Source of the DNA: an uncultured delta proteobacterium | GTDB lineage: Bacteria > Desulfobacterota > Desulfobacteria > Desulfobacterales > UBA2156 | DNA: 64,000 nucleotides | Direction: 5' to 3' | Assembly (NCBI GenBank): GCA_963736855.1 | Contig: CAVTQK010000008.1 | Coordinates: 71,835-135,834, forward strand | In this document: one piece after another, positions 30,701 through 40,652 of the stretch | Layout of the letters: every line of letters starts with the position of its first letter | Position numbering within the stretch: the stretch's first letter is position 1 | Made by a program: the position numbers and the translations under genes | The notes under the pieces: generated by a model | Databases searched by the model: none | Seen by the model: the letters and a program-made list of their open reading frames with translations, nothing else | Told to the model about the DNA's origin: nothing

Positions 30701-31200
30701 AAATAGAAGCGGACCTGATCGTTCTGGCGACCGGCATTGTGCCGACGCTCCCGGTGCCCCTCGCTCAGGCTTTCGGGGCCCCGATCGATCCGGACGGCTT
30801 TTTCCAGGAAGCGGAATCGAAATGGCGGCCGGTCGATTCCCTCAAAGAAGGGGTTTTTGCCTGCGGTATCGCCCATTCTCCCCGATCAATCACCGAATCC
30901 ATCGTAACTGCGGAAGCGGCCGCCCAGCGTTCCCTCCGGATCCTGAATCAGAAGAGTATCCCAACAAGCAAGGTGACCGCCATCGTCCGTCATAGCCTCT
31001 GCAGCCTTTGCGAGCGATGCATCGAGGCCTGCCCATACGGCGCTAGAACCCTCGATCTGGATCAAACCCAGGTGCAGGTCAATTCCCTGATGTGCCAGGG
31101 TTGCGGGACGTGTGTTTCGACCTGCCCGAACGGAGCTTCGGTATTGGAGGGATTCCGAAAACAACAGATGTTCGAGGTCATCGATGCGGCGCTCATTTGA
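27783..31200 (+). CDS. Tandem HdrA-like flavoprotein with an internal response-regulator receiver domain; split by a +1 frameshift near 29830-29870
   Basis: GAGIGG...QFPTDRCGMC, ferredoxins, REC (VDDE, TDIKMP, MTAY, KPF), CVGSRD...CSNICC; second ORF 29839-31200 has GGGIAG, CVDSR...CSRVCC and ferredoxins. Confidence 0.8.
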
Positions 31201-31371
31201 AAGGTTGAATCCGCCGGCAGATCTTCTGGAAGGAGAAGGCCGTGATTTGGATGCGGAACCTGCATGACGCTTCTTTCTGTACTTTCATCATTGATGTGAC
31301 TCTCCATGATGTTCGGTGTCTGATTTTTTCATAGGATCCATTTCTCCGAATACAAAACCGGGGATGTGAAA

Positions 31372-33682
31372 ATGTTGACACGACTGAAAAGCATCCGTCA
31401 TAGGCTTGCGGCAAAGCTGATCGTGATGCTGGGAGCAGTCTTCCTCGCAACCTTCACCCTCTGGTCGCACTACAGTCTCAACTACCAGAAAAAGCGATTG
31501 ATGGATTACCATATTGAAAGTGCGGATCGGCTGGCCAATACCATCAAGCTGGGAGCCCACTACTCGATGATGTTCAACAACCGGGAGGAGATCAACCAAA
31601 TTATCAAGAACATCTCCACCCTGCCTGATTTCGAATCAATCCGCATCTATACCAAGAACGGGCAAATCAAGTTTTCCAAAAATCCTTCCGAAATTGACCA
31701 GACCACCAATATCAAGAACGAGGCCTGCATCATCTGCCACAGAAGCGATCCCCCTTCGACGCATCTGGAACTGCCCGAAAGGACACGGGTGTTCGATTCA
31801 GGGAAAGGATATCGCCTTCTTGGGGTCATTAACCCGATTTACAACGAACCGATCTGTGCTGCGGCCGATTGTCACGTTCATTCGGAAAAAGAAAAACTAT
31901 TGGGTGCCATGGATGTGGTGGTTTCGTTGAAAAAAACGGATGAGGAAATTCTGCGTACGGAAAACTATTTTATCGGCCTGGCAAGCTTTGGTTTTTCTCT
32001 TCATTTCCGCTATCAGTTTTCTGTTTATTTTAAGGTTTGTCGCTCGTCCCATCAAGAAACTGATAGACGGCGCCAGACGGATCGGCAAGGGGGAATACAC
32101 CGGAACCATTGAAATCAAACAGATCGATGAAATGAGCGAGCTTGCCAGTGCCTTCAACCATATGGCCAGGGAAATCCTCAAGCATGAAACCGATCTGAAA
32201 ACCAAACGACAAGAATATCAGAACCTGTTCGAAAGCGTTCCGTGCCTGATCACGGTGCAGGATAGAAATTTTAAACTGGTCAACTATAACCGGGAATTCG
32301 CCGACATGTTCAATCCCGAACCCGGTGACTACTGCTATCGGGCCTACAAAGGGCGCAATGAAAAATGCGACGTCTGCCCGGTGGAGCAGTCGTTTCAAGA
32401 TGGTCAACTCCATCACGCGGAAGAGACGGGAATTGGAAAAGACGGAAAAGTCATGCACTGGATCGTCAGAGCATCCCCTATCATGAACGATAAGGGAGAA
32501 ATCATCGCCGCGATGGAGATTTCTCTGGACATCACCGAGAGAAGAAACCTGGAGGTTGAACTTGTCAAGTCGGAAGAAAAATATCATGCTATTTTCAACA
32601 ACATCCCCAACCCGGTGTTTGTTCTGGACGAGGAAAACTTTGAAATCCTGGATGCCAATAAGAGTGTCGAGGCCGTATACGGTTACGAAACTCACGAACT
32701 GATACATAGACCGTTTTTGATTCTGTTTCAGGAAAAGGAGAGGGCTCAATATGCCTTCAAACTGCTCGTCTCCAACGTTTTGGACCGGGTCAGGCATCTC
32801 CACAAATCCGGGAAGACCCTCTATGTGAACATCCGCGTTTCTCCCTCCGAGATATCCGGGAAAAAAGTCTTCCTGGTTACCACCAGCGACGTCACCAAGA
32901 GGCTTGAAGCCGAGCAGCAGCTCATTCACGCAGGGAAAATGGCGACCCTGGGTGAAATGGCCACAGGAATCGCCCACGAGCTCAACCAGCCGCTTTCGGT
33001 GATCAAAACCGTCAGCAGCTTTTTTATCGACAAAATCCGGAAAAAAGAGCCGATCGGCGATGATATTCTCTCCACCTTGCTGATCAAGGTGGACAGCAAT
33101 GTGGACCGGGCATCCCGGATCATCAATCACATGCGCCAATTCGCCCGGAAGTCGGAAATCGAGCTGGAATGGGCTCATGTCAACGAAGTCATTGAAAATG
33201 CCCTGGAGATATTCAGCCAGCAGCTTAAGGTCAAGGGGATTGAAATCGTCTGTCGACTCGATCCTGATTTGCCGAAAATTCACGCAGACCCCGGACGATT
33301 GGAGCAGGTGATGATCAATCTCCTGGTCAACGCCCGCGATGCCATCGAAGAAAAGTGGAATATCCGTGGGCGAAGGCAGGAAAAGGATAATATCGAATTG
33401 ATTTCCCGTCGGGAGAAAGGTTGGGTCATTGTGGAGGTGCGCGATAGCGGCAGCGGAATACCGGAACATCTTCTTGAAAAAATATTCGAACCCTTTTTCA
33501 CCACCAAGGAAGTGGGAAAAGGGACAGGTCTCGGTCTTTCCATCAGTTACGGTATCATTACGGAATGCGGAGGGAAAATCGAAGCCGTGAATATCGACGG
33601 AAACGGAGCCTGCTTCATCATGCGGTTCCCCGTTTCGAAGGCTTCCCAATCGGAAATTCCTCCAACACCAACGGGTGTTTAA
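31372..33682 (+). CDS. Membrane sensor histidine kinase (periplasmic heme-c motifs, HAMP, 2 PAS); +1 frameshift near 31985-31992
   Basis: TM1, CIICH and CAAADCH, TM2/HAMP (PIKKL...[13 protein letters not shown]) in the next frame, [20 protein letters not shown]. Confidence 0.8.
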
Positions 33683-33694
33683 AGGATTTATCCC

Positions 33695-34840
33695 GTGACC
33701 CAGGCAGAAGAAAAAACGAGAATACTGCTCGTCGACGATGAAGAAGACATCCGAATCGTTTTGAGCATTGCACTGTCCAGCTCCGGATACGACGTTCTTA
33801 CCGCAAAAGACGGAAATGAGGCGCTCCATGTTTTTGCGGAAACGCATCCACCCATCGTCCTGACCGATATCAAGATGCCCGGCATGATCGACGGCATCGA
33901 ATTGCTTCAGCGAATCAAACGGGAAAACCCGGACGCCGAAGTCGTCATGATCACCGGGCACGGCGACATGGATCTGGCCATTCAAAGCCTGAAAAACGAG
34001 GCGACGGACTTCATCACCAAGCCCATCAATGTGGATGCCCTCAAGGTTTCCTTGAAACGGGTAGAAGAAAAGATCCTCATGAAGAAACAGCTCCGGGAGT
34101 ATACCCAAAAGCTTGAGACCATGATCTTCGAAAAGATGGAGCTTCGGGACCGCCTCTCGTCCCTGGGGTTGATGATCGGATCCATATCCCACGGTATGAA
34201 AGGGCTATTGACCAATATGGATGCCGGTTTATATCTGCTCGATTCCGGCATTTCCAAGAAAAAACCGGATAGATTACAGGAGGGTCTGGAAACGGTCCGG
34301 CAAACCGTCGATCGAATTAAAAAACTGGTCCTGGATATCCTGTTTTACGCCAAAGAAAGAGAGCTGAAAGTCCGATCCGTGAGCATCCATCAGTTTGCGG
34401 AGGATGTAGCAAAGGTGATCGAAAATAAAATCAAGGGGAGCTCCATCGAACTGATCCGCAAGTTCGAGGGGGCACCGAAGGAATTTATGATCGATCCCGA
34501 TTTTTTCCGCACCGCACTGATCAACATCCTTGAAAACGCCGTGGATACCTGTATGGAAGACACAACAAAGCCGGTCCATCAGATCACCTTTGAAATCGAC
34601 GAAAAAGAAGGGGGGTTGGTTGCCAACATCCAGGATAACGGCACAGGGATGGACAATGAAACATTGGAAAAAGCGTTTGATCTATTTTTCTCAACCAAGG
34701 GAACCAAAGGGACCGGCTTCGGGCTCTTCATCACGGACAATATCATCAAGCAACACGGCGGGACCATCAGTGTCAAATCCGCAAAGGGAAAAGGAACTCA
34801 ATTTTGTATCAAAATTCCTTATCCAAATCCGGAACCATGA
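33695..34840 (+). CDS. Hybrid REC-histidine kinase
   Basis: VDDEE, TDIKMP, SISHGMKGLL, DNGTG, FFSTKG, GTGFGL. Confidence 0.88.
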   Translation: MTQAEEKTRILLVDDEEDIRIVLSIALSSSGYDVLTAKDGNEALHVFAETHPPIVLTDIKMPGMIDGIELLQRIKRENPDAEVVMITGHGDMDLAIQSLKNEATDFITKPINVDALKVSLKRVEEKILMKKQLREYTQKLETMIFEKMELRDRLSSLGLMIGSISHGMKGLLTNMDAGLYLLDSGISKKKPDRLQEGLETVRQTVDRIKKLVLDILFYAKERELKVRSVSIHQFAEDVAKVIENKIKGSSIELIRKFEGAPKEFMIDPDFFRTALINILENAVDTCMEDTTKPVHQITFEIDEKEGGLVANIQDNGTGMDNETLEKAFDLFFSTKGTKGTGFGLFITDNIIKQHGGTISVKSAKGKGTQFCIKIPYPNPEP

Positions 34841-34912
34841 ACATGTTTGTAGCATTTTTTTGATGTGACGAAATTTCTATCTCGTCGTTGCCCCGTTTTT
34901 ATTCAATCATTG

Positions 34913-35989
34913 TCAACAGAATGATTCTTCTTGAACGTATCTTGCGACCAGATCTCCCACCTCCCGGGTACCGATTCCCATCTTTCCGGCGTCCATGCTT
35001 TTCAGATGGTTCCGAATCACCTCTTCCACCGCTTTTTCCACCGAGACAGCCGCAAGGTCTTCCCCAAGATAGGATAACATCATTTGCACGGCCATGATGG
35101 CGGCCAGGGGGTTAATGGCGTTTTTCCCCGTATACTTGGGCGCCGACCCGCCAATAGGTTCGAACATGGCGGTCCCCTCTGGATTGATGTTGCCGCCGGC
35201 CGCAATCCCCATCCCGCCCTGGATCATGGCACCCAGATCGGTGATGATATCCCCGAACATGTTGTCGGTGACCACGACGTCGAATCTTTCCGGATTCTTG
35301 ATCATCCACATGCAGATGGCATCGACGTGGGCGTAATCCCGTTGGATGTCCGGATACTCCCCACCCACTTCGTGAAAAGCCCGTTCCCACAGGTCAAAGG
35401 CATAAGTCAAAACATTGGTTTTGCCGCAAAGCGTCAATTGTTTCCGCCGATTCCGCTTTCGGCAACGCTCAAAGGCAAAACGCAGGCATCTTTCCACACC
35501 GTGCCTGGTATTGATGGATTCCTGGATAGCCACCTCGTCCCGGGTTCCCTTTTTCAGGAAGCCGCCTGCCCCCACATAAAAGCCCTCGGTATTTTCCCGA
35601 ACCACATCGAAATCGATGTCTCTCGGGGTCTTGTTCTTTATTGGCGTGTCGACTCCCGGATAAAGCTTTACCGGACGAAGATTGACATACAGATCCAGCG
35701 AAAAGCGTAAATTTAGTAGAATCCCTTTTTCCAGGATCCCGGGTTTGACCTCCGGATGTCCGATGGCCCCGAGAAAAACGGCATTCATTTTTCCCAGCTC
35801 ATCGACAGCAGAAGCTGGAAGGGTTTCGCCGGTCTTCAGATACCGTTCACCTCCGAAATCATAGCGGATGAGGTCACATTCAAACCCGGCCCTGTCGGCC
35901 GCCGACGACAAAACCTTCAACCCTTCGGCCACCACTTCCGGACCGGTACCATCCCCAGGTATTACCCCGATGCGATAGGATTTTTTCAT
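34913..35989 (-). CDS. leuB: 3-isopropylmalate dehydrogenase
   Basis: PGDGTGPEV, NLRPVKL, RENTEG, NMFGDIITD, FEPIGGSAP; operon with leuCD. Confidence 0.88.
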   Translation of the reverse strand: MKKSYRIGVIPGDGTGPEVVAEGLKVLSSAADRAGFECDLIRYDFGGERYLKTGETLPASAVDELGKMNAVFLGAIGHPEVKPGILEKGILLNLRFSLDLYVNLRPVKLYPGVDTPIKNKTPRDIDFDVVRENTEGFYVGAGGFLKKGTRDEVAIQESINTRHGVERCLRFAFERCRKRNRRKQLTLCGKTNVLTYAFDLWERAFHEVGGEYPDIQRDYAHVDAICMWMIKNPERFDVVVTDNMFGDIITDLGAMIQGGMGIAAGGNINPEGTAMFEPIGGSAPKYTGKNAINPLAAIMAVQMMLSYLGEDLAAVSVEKAVEEVIRNHLKSMDAGKMGIGTREVGDLVARYVQEESFC

Positions 35990-36480
35990 GCTTTCCTCCT
36001 TTTGGAGATATGCCCCATCAGCCCACCGTCCCGAAGAATCTGTTGCATGAACGGCGGGATCGGATTCGATGTAAAAACGGCACCGGTGGTCAGGTTTCGG
36101 ATCGCACCCGAAGAAAGGTCCACTTCAACCGTATCCCCGTCTGAAACGCCGTCAACGCCCTCGTTGCTTTCTAAAATGGGGAGCCCCATATTGAAAGCAT
36201 TGCGGTAGAAAATCCGGGCAAAGCTCTTGGCGATGATGCATGGCACTCCCTTGGCCTTAATCGCAATCGGGGCGTGCTCTCTGGAGGATCCGCACCCGAA
36301 ATTCGTCCCGGCTACGAGGATATCTCCTGGTTTCATTTCAGATGCAAACCGCGGGTTTTCGTCTTCCATGCAATGGACTGCCAGTGCATCCGGCGCCGAT
36401 TCGTTAAGGTATCGCGCGGGGATGATGGCATCCGTATCCACATTGGAACCGAATTTCCATGCTCTACCCTGAAACCGCAT
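35986..36480 (-). CDS. leuD: 3-isopropylmalate dehydratase small subunit
   Basis: [33 protein letters not shown]. Confidence 0.92.
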   Translation of the reverse strand: MRFQGRAWKFGSNVDTDAIIPARYLNESAPDALAVHCMEDENPRFASEMKPGDILVAGTNFGCGSSREHAPIAIKAKGVPCIIAKSFARIFYRNAFNMGLPILESNEGVDGVSDGDTVEVDLSSGAIRNLTTGAVFTSNPIPPFMQQILRDGGLMGHISKRRKA

Positions 36481-37768
36481 CGTTTTGCCCTCCCTGCCGA
36501 TCTTCCACTCCCAATTCGGTCGGACCGGCGATTCTCCCCAATACCGCAGAGGCCGCAGCGACGGCGGGATTGGAAAGATAAATTTCGCTTTCCTTATGTC
36601 CCATCCGGCCCACGAAATTCCGGTTCGTGGTGGCCACGACCCGCTCCCCTTCGGCTAAAACACCCATGTGCCCGCCTAAACAGGGACCGCAGGTCGGGGG
36701 GCTGATCACGGCTCCGGCATCAAGGAAAATGTTGAACAGCCCCCGTCGCATGGCCTCCCGGTAAATGACAGGAGTTGCCGGAATGATGATAAGCCTCACT
36801 TGCGGCGAAATTTTCTTTCCCTTGAGCACATTAGCCGCCGAAATCAAATCGGAAAGTCTTCCATTGGTGCAGGAACCGATCACCACCTGGTCGATAGGAA
36901 TATCGCCCACCTGGCTGATGCCCCTGACGTTGCTGGGCAGGTGAGGAAAAGCCACCTGGGGTTCGATTTGGGACACATCTATTTCAATGATTTCTTTGTA
37001 GCGTGCGTCCGCATCGCTTTCGAAAAACCGGTAAGGCCGTTTGGCCCGTCCGTCCACGTACTTTTTCACAATACGATCAGGAATAAAGATGCCGTTCTTT
37101 GCACCCGCCTCGATGGCCATATTCGCCATGGTGAAGCGACCATCCATGGAAAGAGATTCGATGGCCTCTCCGTGAAATTCCATGGCCTGATAAAGGGCGC
37201 CGTCAACTCCGATCTTCCCGATAGTAAACAGGATCAGGTCCTTTCCATCGACCCAGGGTCTGCGCTGCCCAAAGTAGACGAATTTCACCGTTTCCGGAAC
37301 CTTGAACCACAATCTGCCGACCGCCATAACGGCAGCGAGGTCCGTACTCCCCACCCCCGTGGCAAAGGCGCCTAAGGCACCGTAAGTACAGGTGTGACTG
37401 TCCGCACCGATTACGAGGTCTCCGGGCAGAACAATCCCCTGCTCCGGCAATAAGGCGTGCTCAATGCCCGCTTCTCCGACTTCGAAGTAGTGAGTAATTC
37501 CCTGCTCCCGGGCAAATCGGCGCATGAATCGGCACTGTTCAGCGGACTTGATGTCTTTGTTAGGGGTGAAATGATCCGGGACCAGTACCAACCGCTCCCT
37601 GTCGAATACGCGTTCAAGGCCCGTCCGCCGGAATTGCTCGATGGCAATGGGAGCGGTGATGTCGTTCCCCAGGGCCACATCCACCGCAGCGTCGATCAGC
37701 TCGCCGGGTTGAACCTCTTTTTTTCCGGCATGAGCGGCCAAAATTTTTTCGGTAATAGTCATCGCCAT
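36464..37768 (-). CDS. leuC: 3-isopropylmalate dehydratase large subunit
   Basis: [30 protein letters not shown]. Confidence 0.92.
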   Translation of the reverse strand: MAMTITEKILAAHAGKKEVQPGELIDAAVDVALGNDITAPIAIEQFRRTGLERVFDRERLVLVPDHFTPNKDIKSAEQCRFMRRFAREQGITHYFEVGEAGIEHALLPEQGIVLPGDLVIGADSHTCTYGALGAFATGVGSTDLAAVMAVGRLWFKVPETVKFVYFGQRRPWVDGKDLILFTIGKIGVDGALYQAMEFHGEAIESLSMDGRFTMANMAIEAGAKNGIFIPDRIVKKYVDGRAKRPYRFFESDADARYKEIIEIDVSQIEPQVAFPHLPSNVRGISQVGDIPIDQVVIGSCTNGRLSDLISAANVLKGKKISPQVRLIIIPATPVIYREAMRRGLFNIFLDAGAVISPPTCGPCLGGHMGVLAEGERVVATTNRNFVGRMGHKESEIYLSNPAVAAASAVLGRIAGPTELGVEDRQGGQNDAVSG

Positions 37769-38013
37769 ATTGAACGATCCCTTTCTTTTTCTTCTCCCAT
37801 CTCCCGTTACCTTTCGTCCGGCTTGGATATGCCTTTTTTCCTTGGCAAGGCGTGAAATCCTTTCAGCGGATCTAAGAAAAAATCATAACCGGGTTCCGTT
37901 TTTTTTTCCATTAAAATCATCGGGAGTTACCGATTTCTCCATTTTTATCGATTATAGAGGGCTGCATCCCTGATGCCGGTTATCTGCATTCCAAGACGCT
38001 GCCGAATAAATTA

Positions 38014-38048
38014 TAAAAGTATATTAACATACTTTTAATTATTGTCAA
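38014..38048 (-). promoter_or_regulatory. Promoter of leuCDB with overlapping 9-bp inverted repeat
   Basis: Minus strand TTGACA-16-TAATAT with extended TG; TAAAAGTAT-N6-ATACTTTTA at 38014-38037. Confidence 0.55.
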
Positions 38049-38180
38049 GCAATATTTTTCGGAAGCGGTTATCCACCGGATCTGTTTTTCTCGGTTCCAC
38101 CGAGTGTGCCCCGTTGACAAGGAGGGGACATTTATATATCCCTTTATAAATTTTGGACACAGCTAACAAGGAGACAATTC

Positions 38181-38945
38181 ATGAGTAATTCCTCCCAGGT
38201 TTTTGAAGCGCTTAACCGGGAGCGGCGGGCCCGGTTTATTTTGGACATCTTTCATCGGATTCTCGTCCACTACGCCCTGTGGTTTACGGAAATCCGGCAT
38301 CAGATGGGAATGGAAAAGGCCATGGAAATGCTCGGTATCGCCTGGGAGCGAAGCTACCAGGTTCAGATGCGTCGGCTTTCAAAGCTGCTCGGATTCGGCC
38401 TTGAAAACGACATTCCCGAAGCCTTGCTGAATATGCCCGTCGGTGATCAGCGGCGTTTGCTGGAGGGAATCTCCGCAAACTGGCTGGCCAACGACGGCGT
38501 ATGGTTTCAGGCCGTGGAGTTTTCAAGCGGCATGGTGGACGCCAAAAGATGCAACGACACCTGCTGGGCGCATTTCTCTCCTTTCGAAGCATGGTCCATC
38601 AAGCGCTTTGCATCCATCCCTGAAAACGCGGGTCTCGAAGGACTAAAGATGGCACTGGAATACCGTATTTACGCATTGATCAACCGATATTCCATTATGG
38701 ATGAGGGTCCGAATGCATTTATTTTCCAGATGAATGACTGTCGGGTGCAATCCGCACGGAAGCGGAAAGGCCTGGATGATTATCCCTGCAAATCCGGCGG
38801 CACCGTGGAATATGATTATTTTGCCAAGGCCATAGATCCTTGTATTCGAGTCGAATGCATCGGGTGCCCTCCGGACAAACATCCCGAAGAATGGTTCTGT
38901 TGCTGGCGTTTTTCCATCCCTGAAGCGGATAAAGGAAAAGCCTGA
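38181..38945 (+). CDS. DUF6125-like Cys-containing protein of unknown function
   Basis: NWLANDGVWFQAVE, DCRVQSARKRKGLDDYPCK, CIGCPPDKHPEEWFCCWRF; family recalled from motifs. Confidence 0.7.
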   Translation: MSNSSQVFEALNRERRARFILDIFHRILVHYALWFTEIRHQMGMEKAMEMLGIAWERSYQVQMRRLSKLLGFGLENDIPEALLNMPVGDQRRLLEGISANWLANDGVWFQAVEFSSGMVDAKRCNDTCWAHFSPFEAWSIKRFASIPENAGLEGLKMALEYRIYALINRYSIMDEGPNAFIFQMNDCRVQSARKRKGLDDYPCKSGGTVEYDYFAKAIDPCIRVECIGCPPDKHPEEWFCCWRFSIPEADKGKA

Positions 38946-38962
38946 TCCCTAAGGAGGGGAAC

Positions 38963-39994
38963 ATGAAGGCGATGGTTTTAAGGCAAATCGCGGATATGAG
39001 TCAGAACGCCTCACCCCTTGAGCTTGCCGAACTGCCGATACCGATTCCCGGTAAACATGAAATTCAGATACAAGTAACGACCTGTGGTGTATGTCACACC
39101 GAACTGGATGAAATCGAAGGGCGGAGCCCGCCGGGGGCCTTTCCCATGATCTTGGGGCATCAGATCATCGGCGCTGTGACGAAAAACGGTTCCGGGGCGC
39201 ACCGATTTCGACTCGGCGACCGGGTGGGAGTCGGCTGGATTTTTTCGTCCTGCGGTAAATGTACTTTCTGTAAAACCGGCCAGGAGAACCTTTGTAAAGA
39301 TTTCAAGGCTACGGGGAGGGATGCCAACGGCGGGTACGCCCAATTCATGACGGTTCGTGAGGACTTCGCCTACCCGATACCCGATCTTTTTTCGGACGCT
39401 GAAGCCGCCCCTCTTTTATGCGCCGGCGCTATCGGATTGCGTTCCTTGAGGCTTTCCGGGATCCGAAACGGCCGGAATCTCGGGCTCACCGGCTTCGGCG
39501 CTTCAGCCCACCTGGTGCTTCAAACGGTAAGGAAGCAATACCCCGACACTCCGGTTTACGTCTTTGCCAGGAGCGCATCGGAACAAGACTTCGCTTTGAA
39601 ACTTGGGGCAGCCTGGGCAGGCGATGCCTCTGATCGGCCCCCTGAAAAACTGGACGCCATAATCGATACCACACCGGCATGGAAGCCGGTCGTGGAAGCC
39701 CTAAAGCATCTAAAACCCGCCGGACGACTGGTCATCAACGCCATCCGCAAAGAAGAAAAAGACAAACCGGAACTCCTTCATATCGATTACCCCCGACATC
39801 TCTGGATGGAAAAGGAAATCAAGAGCGTGGCCAACGTAACCCGAAAGGACATCAGCGATTTTCTCGATATAGCCGCCCGGATCCCCATCAAGCCCCATAT
39901 CAAAGAGTTCCCGCTGGAAAAAGCCAACGAAGCCCTCATGGAACTCAAGGGTAAGAAAGTAAAAGGGGCCAAGGTTCTCCGGATCCGCTCCTGA
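38963..39994 (+). CDS. Zinc-dependent alcohol dehydrogenase family protein
   Basis: CGVCHTE, GHQ, CGKCTFCKTGQENLC, APLLCAG, GFGASA. Confidence 0.88.
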   Translation: MKAMVLRQIADMSQNASPLELAELPIPIPGKHEIQIQVTTCGVCHTELDEIEGRSPPGAFPMILGHQIIGAVTKNGSGAHRFRLGDRVGVGWIFSSCGKCTFCKTGQENLCKDFKATGRDANGGYAQFMTVREDFAYPIPDLFSDAEAAPLLCAGAIGLRSLRLSGIRNGRNLGLTGFGASAHLVLQTVRKQYPDTPVYVFARSASEQDFALKLGAAWAGDASDRPPEKLDAIIDTTPAWKPVVEALKHLKPAGRLVINAIRKEEKDKPELLHIDYPRHLWMEKEIKSVANVTRKDISDFLDIAARIPIKPHIKEFPLEKANEALMELKGKKVKGAKVLRIRS

Positions 39995-40158
39995 GGCAGA
40001 TCATCCGGATCATCATGCCGCCGGTTTCGGCCGGTTTATCTTTTTCCCGATTGTGCACTTTTTTATGAGTATGGCTGTCGCCATCTCCACCGCCTCTTCG
40101 ACCAAGAGATAACGTATACCGCTTATTCATAAAAGAAGAGATGAGGTCTTTAATGCTT

Positions 40159-40347
40159 GATGAAATCGTAAAAAGGCTGATTTTTCTCGCGCCGCAAGTC
40201 TTTTCGGAAGATCCAAAGGGTTTCGCTAAATCTCAAGACCTCGGCACAAGTGCCTCAAACAGCTTGAGATTTTTAACGCTTACCCTTTGCCTCTCTTTTT
40301 CCGAAAAAACTTGAATGGCGCTCACAAAACCTTTTTACGAAGACATC
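40159..40347. mobile_element. MITE-like element, copy B
   Basis: Near-identical to 14452-14643; flanks ATGCTT / ATGCAT (imperfect 6-bp duplication). Confidence 0.8.
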
Positions 40348-40652
40348 ATGCATGAAAGGTACTTCTTTTTTAAGGCGGCCGGTGATCAAATCGCAAGAAA
40401 TTTCAATAACATGACTATGAAATTCTCATTGACAGCGCATTCTCCTTCGGATAATCGAAAATCCGTATGCCACCACAACCCGAGCTTACCATATCCTGGA
40501 TTGTAGATGATGATGAAACACAATCCATGCTCTCGCCTGATCCTTCGAAAAAAAGTATATTCTATCGATCCTTTTGTTAGCTCACCGGCACCAAGATGCC
40601 CGAAATGGCAATACCGCCGCATAATTTCGCGTAATATGTGGGAGTAATTCCG

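Noticed and set aside
27361..31995. Programmed ribosomal frameshifting at the three break points
   Set aside because: No shared slippery sequence or stimulatory structure seen; error or mutation is simpler
32030..34192. 720-aa minus-strand ORF
   Set aside because: Antisense shadow of two kinases with no recognisable motifs
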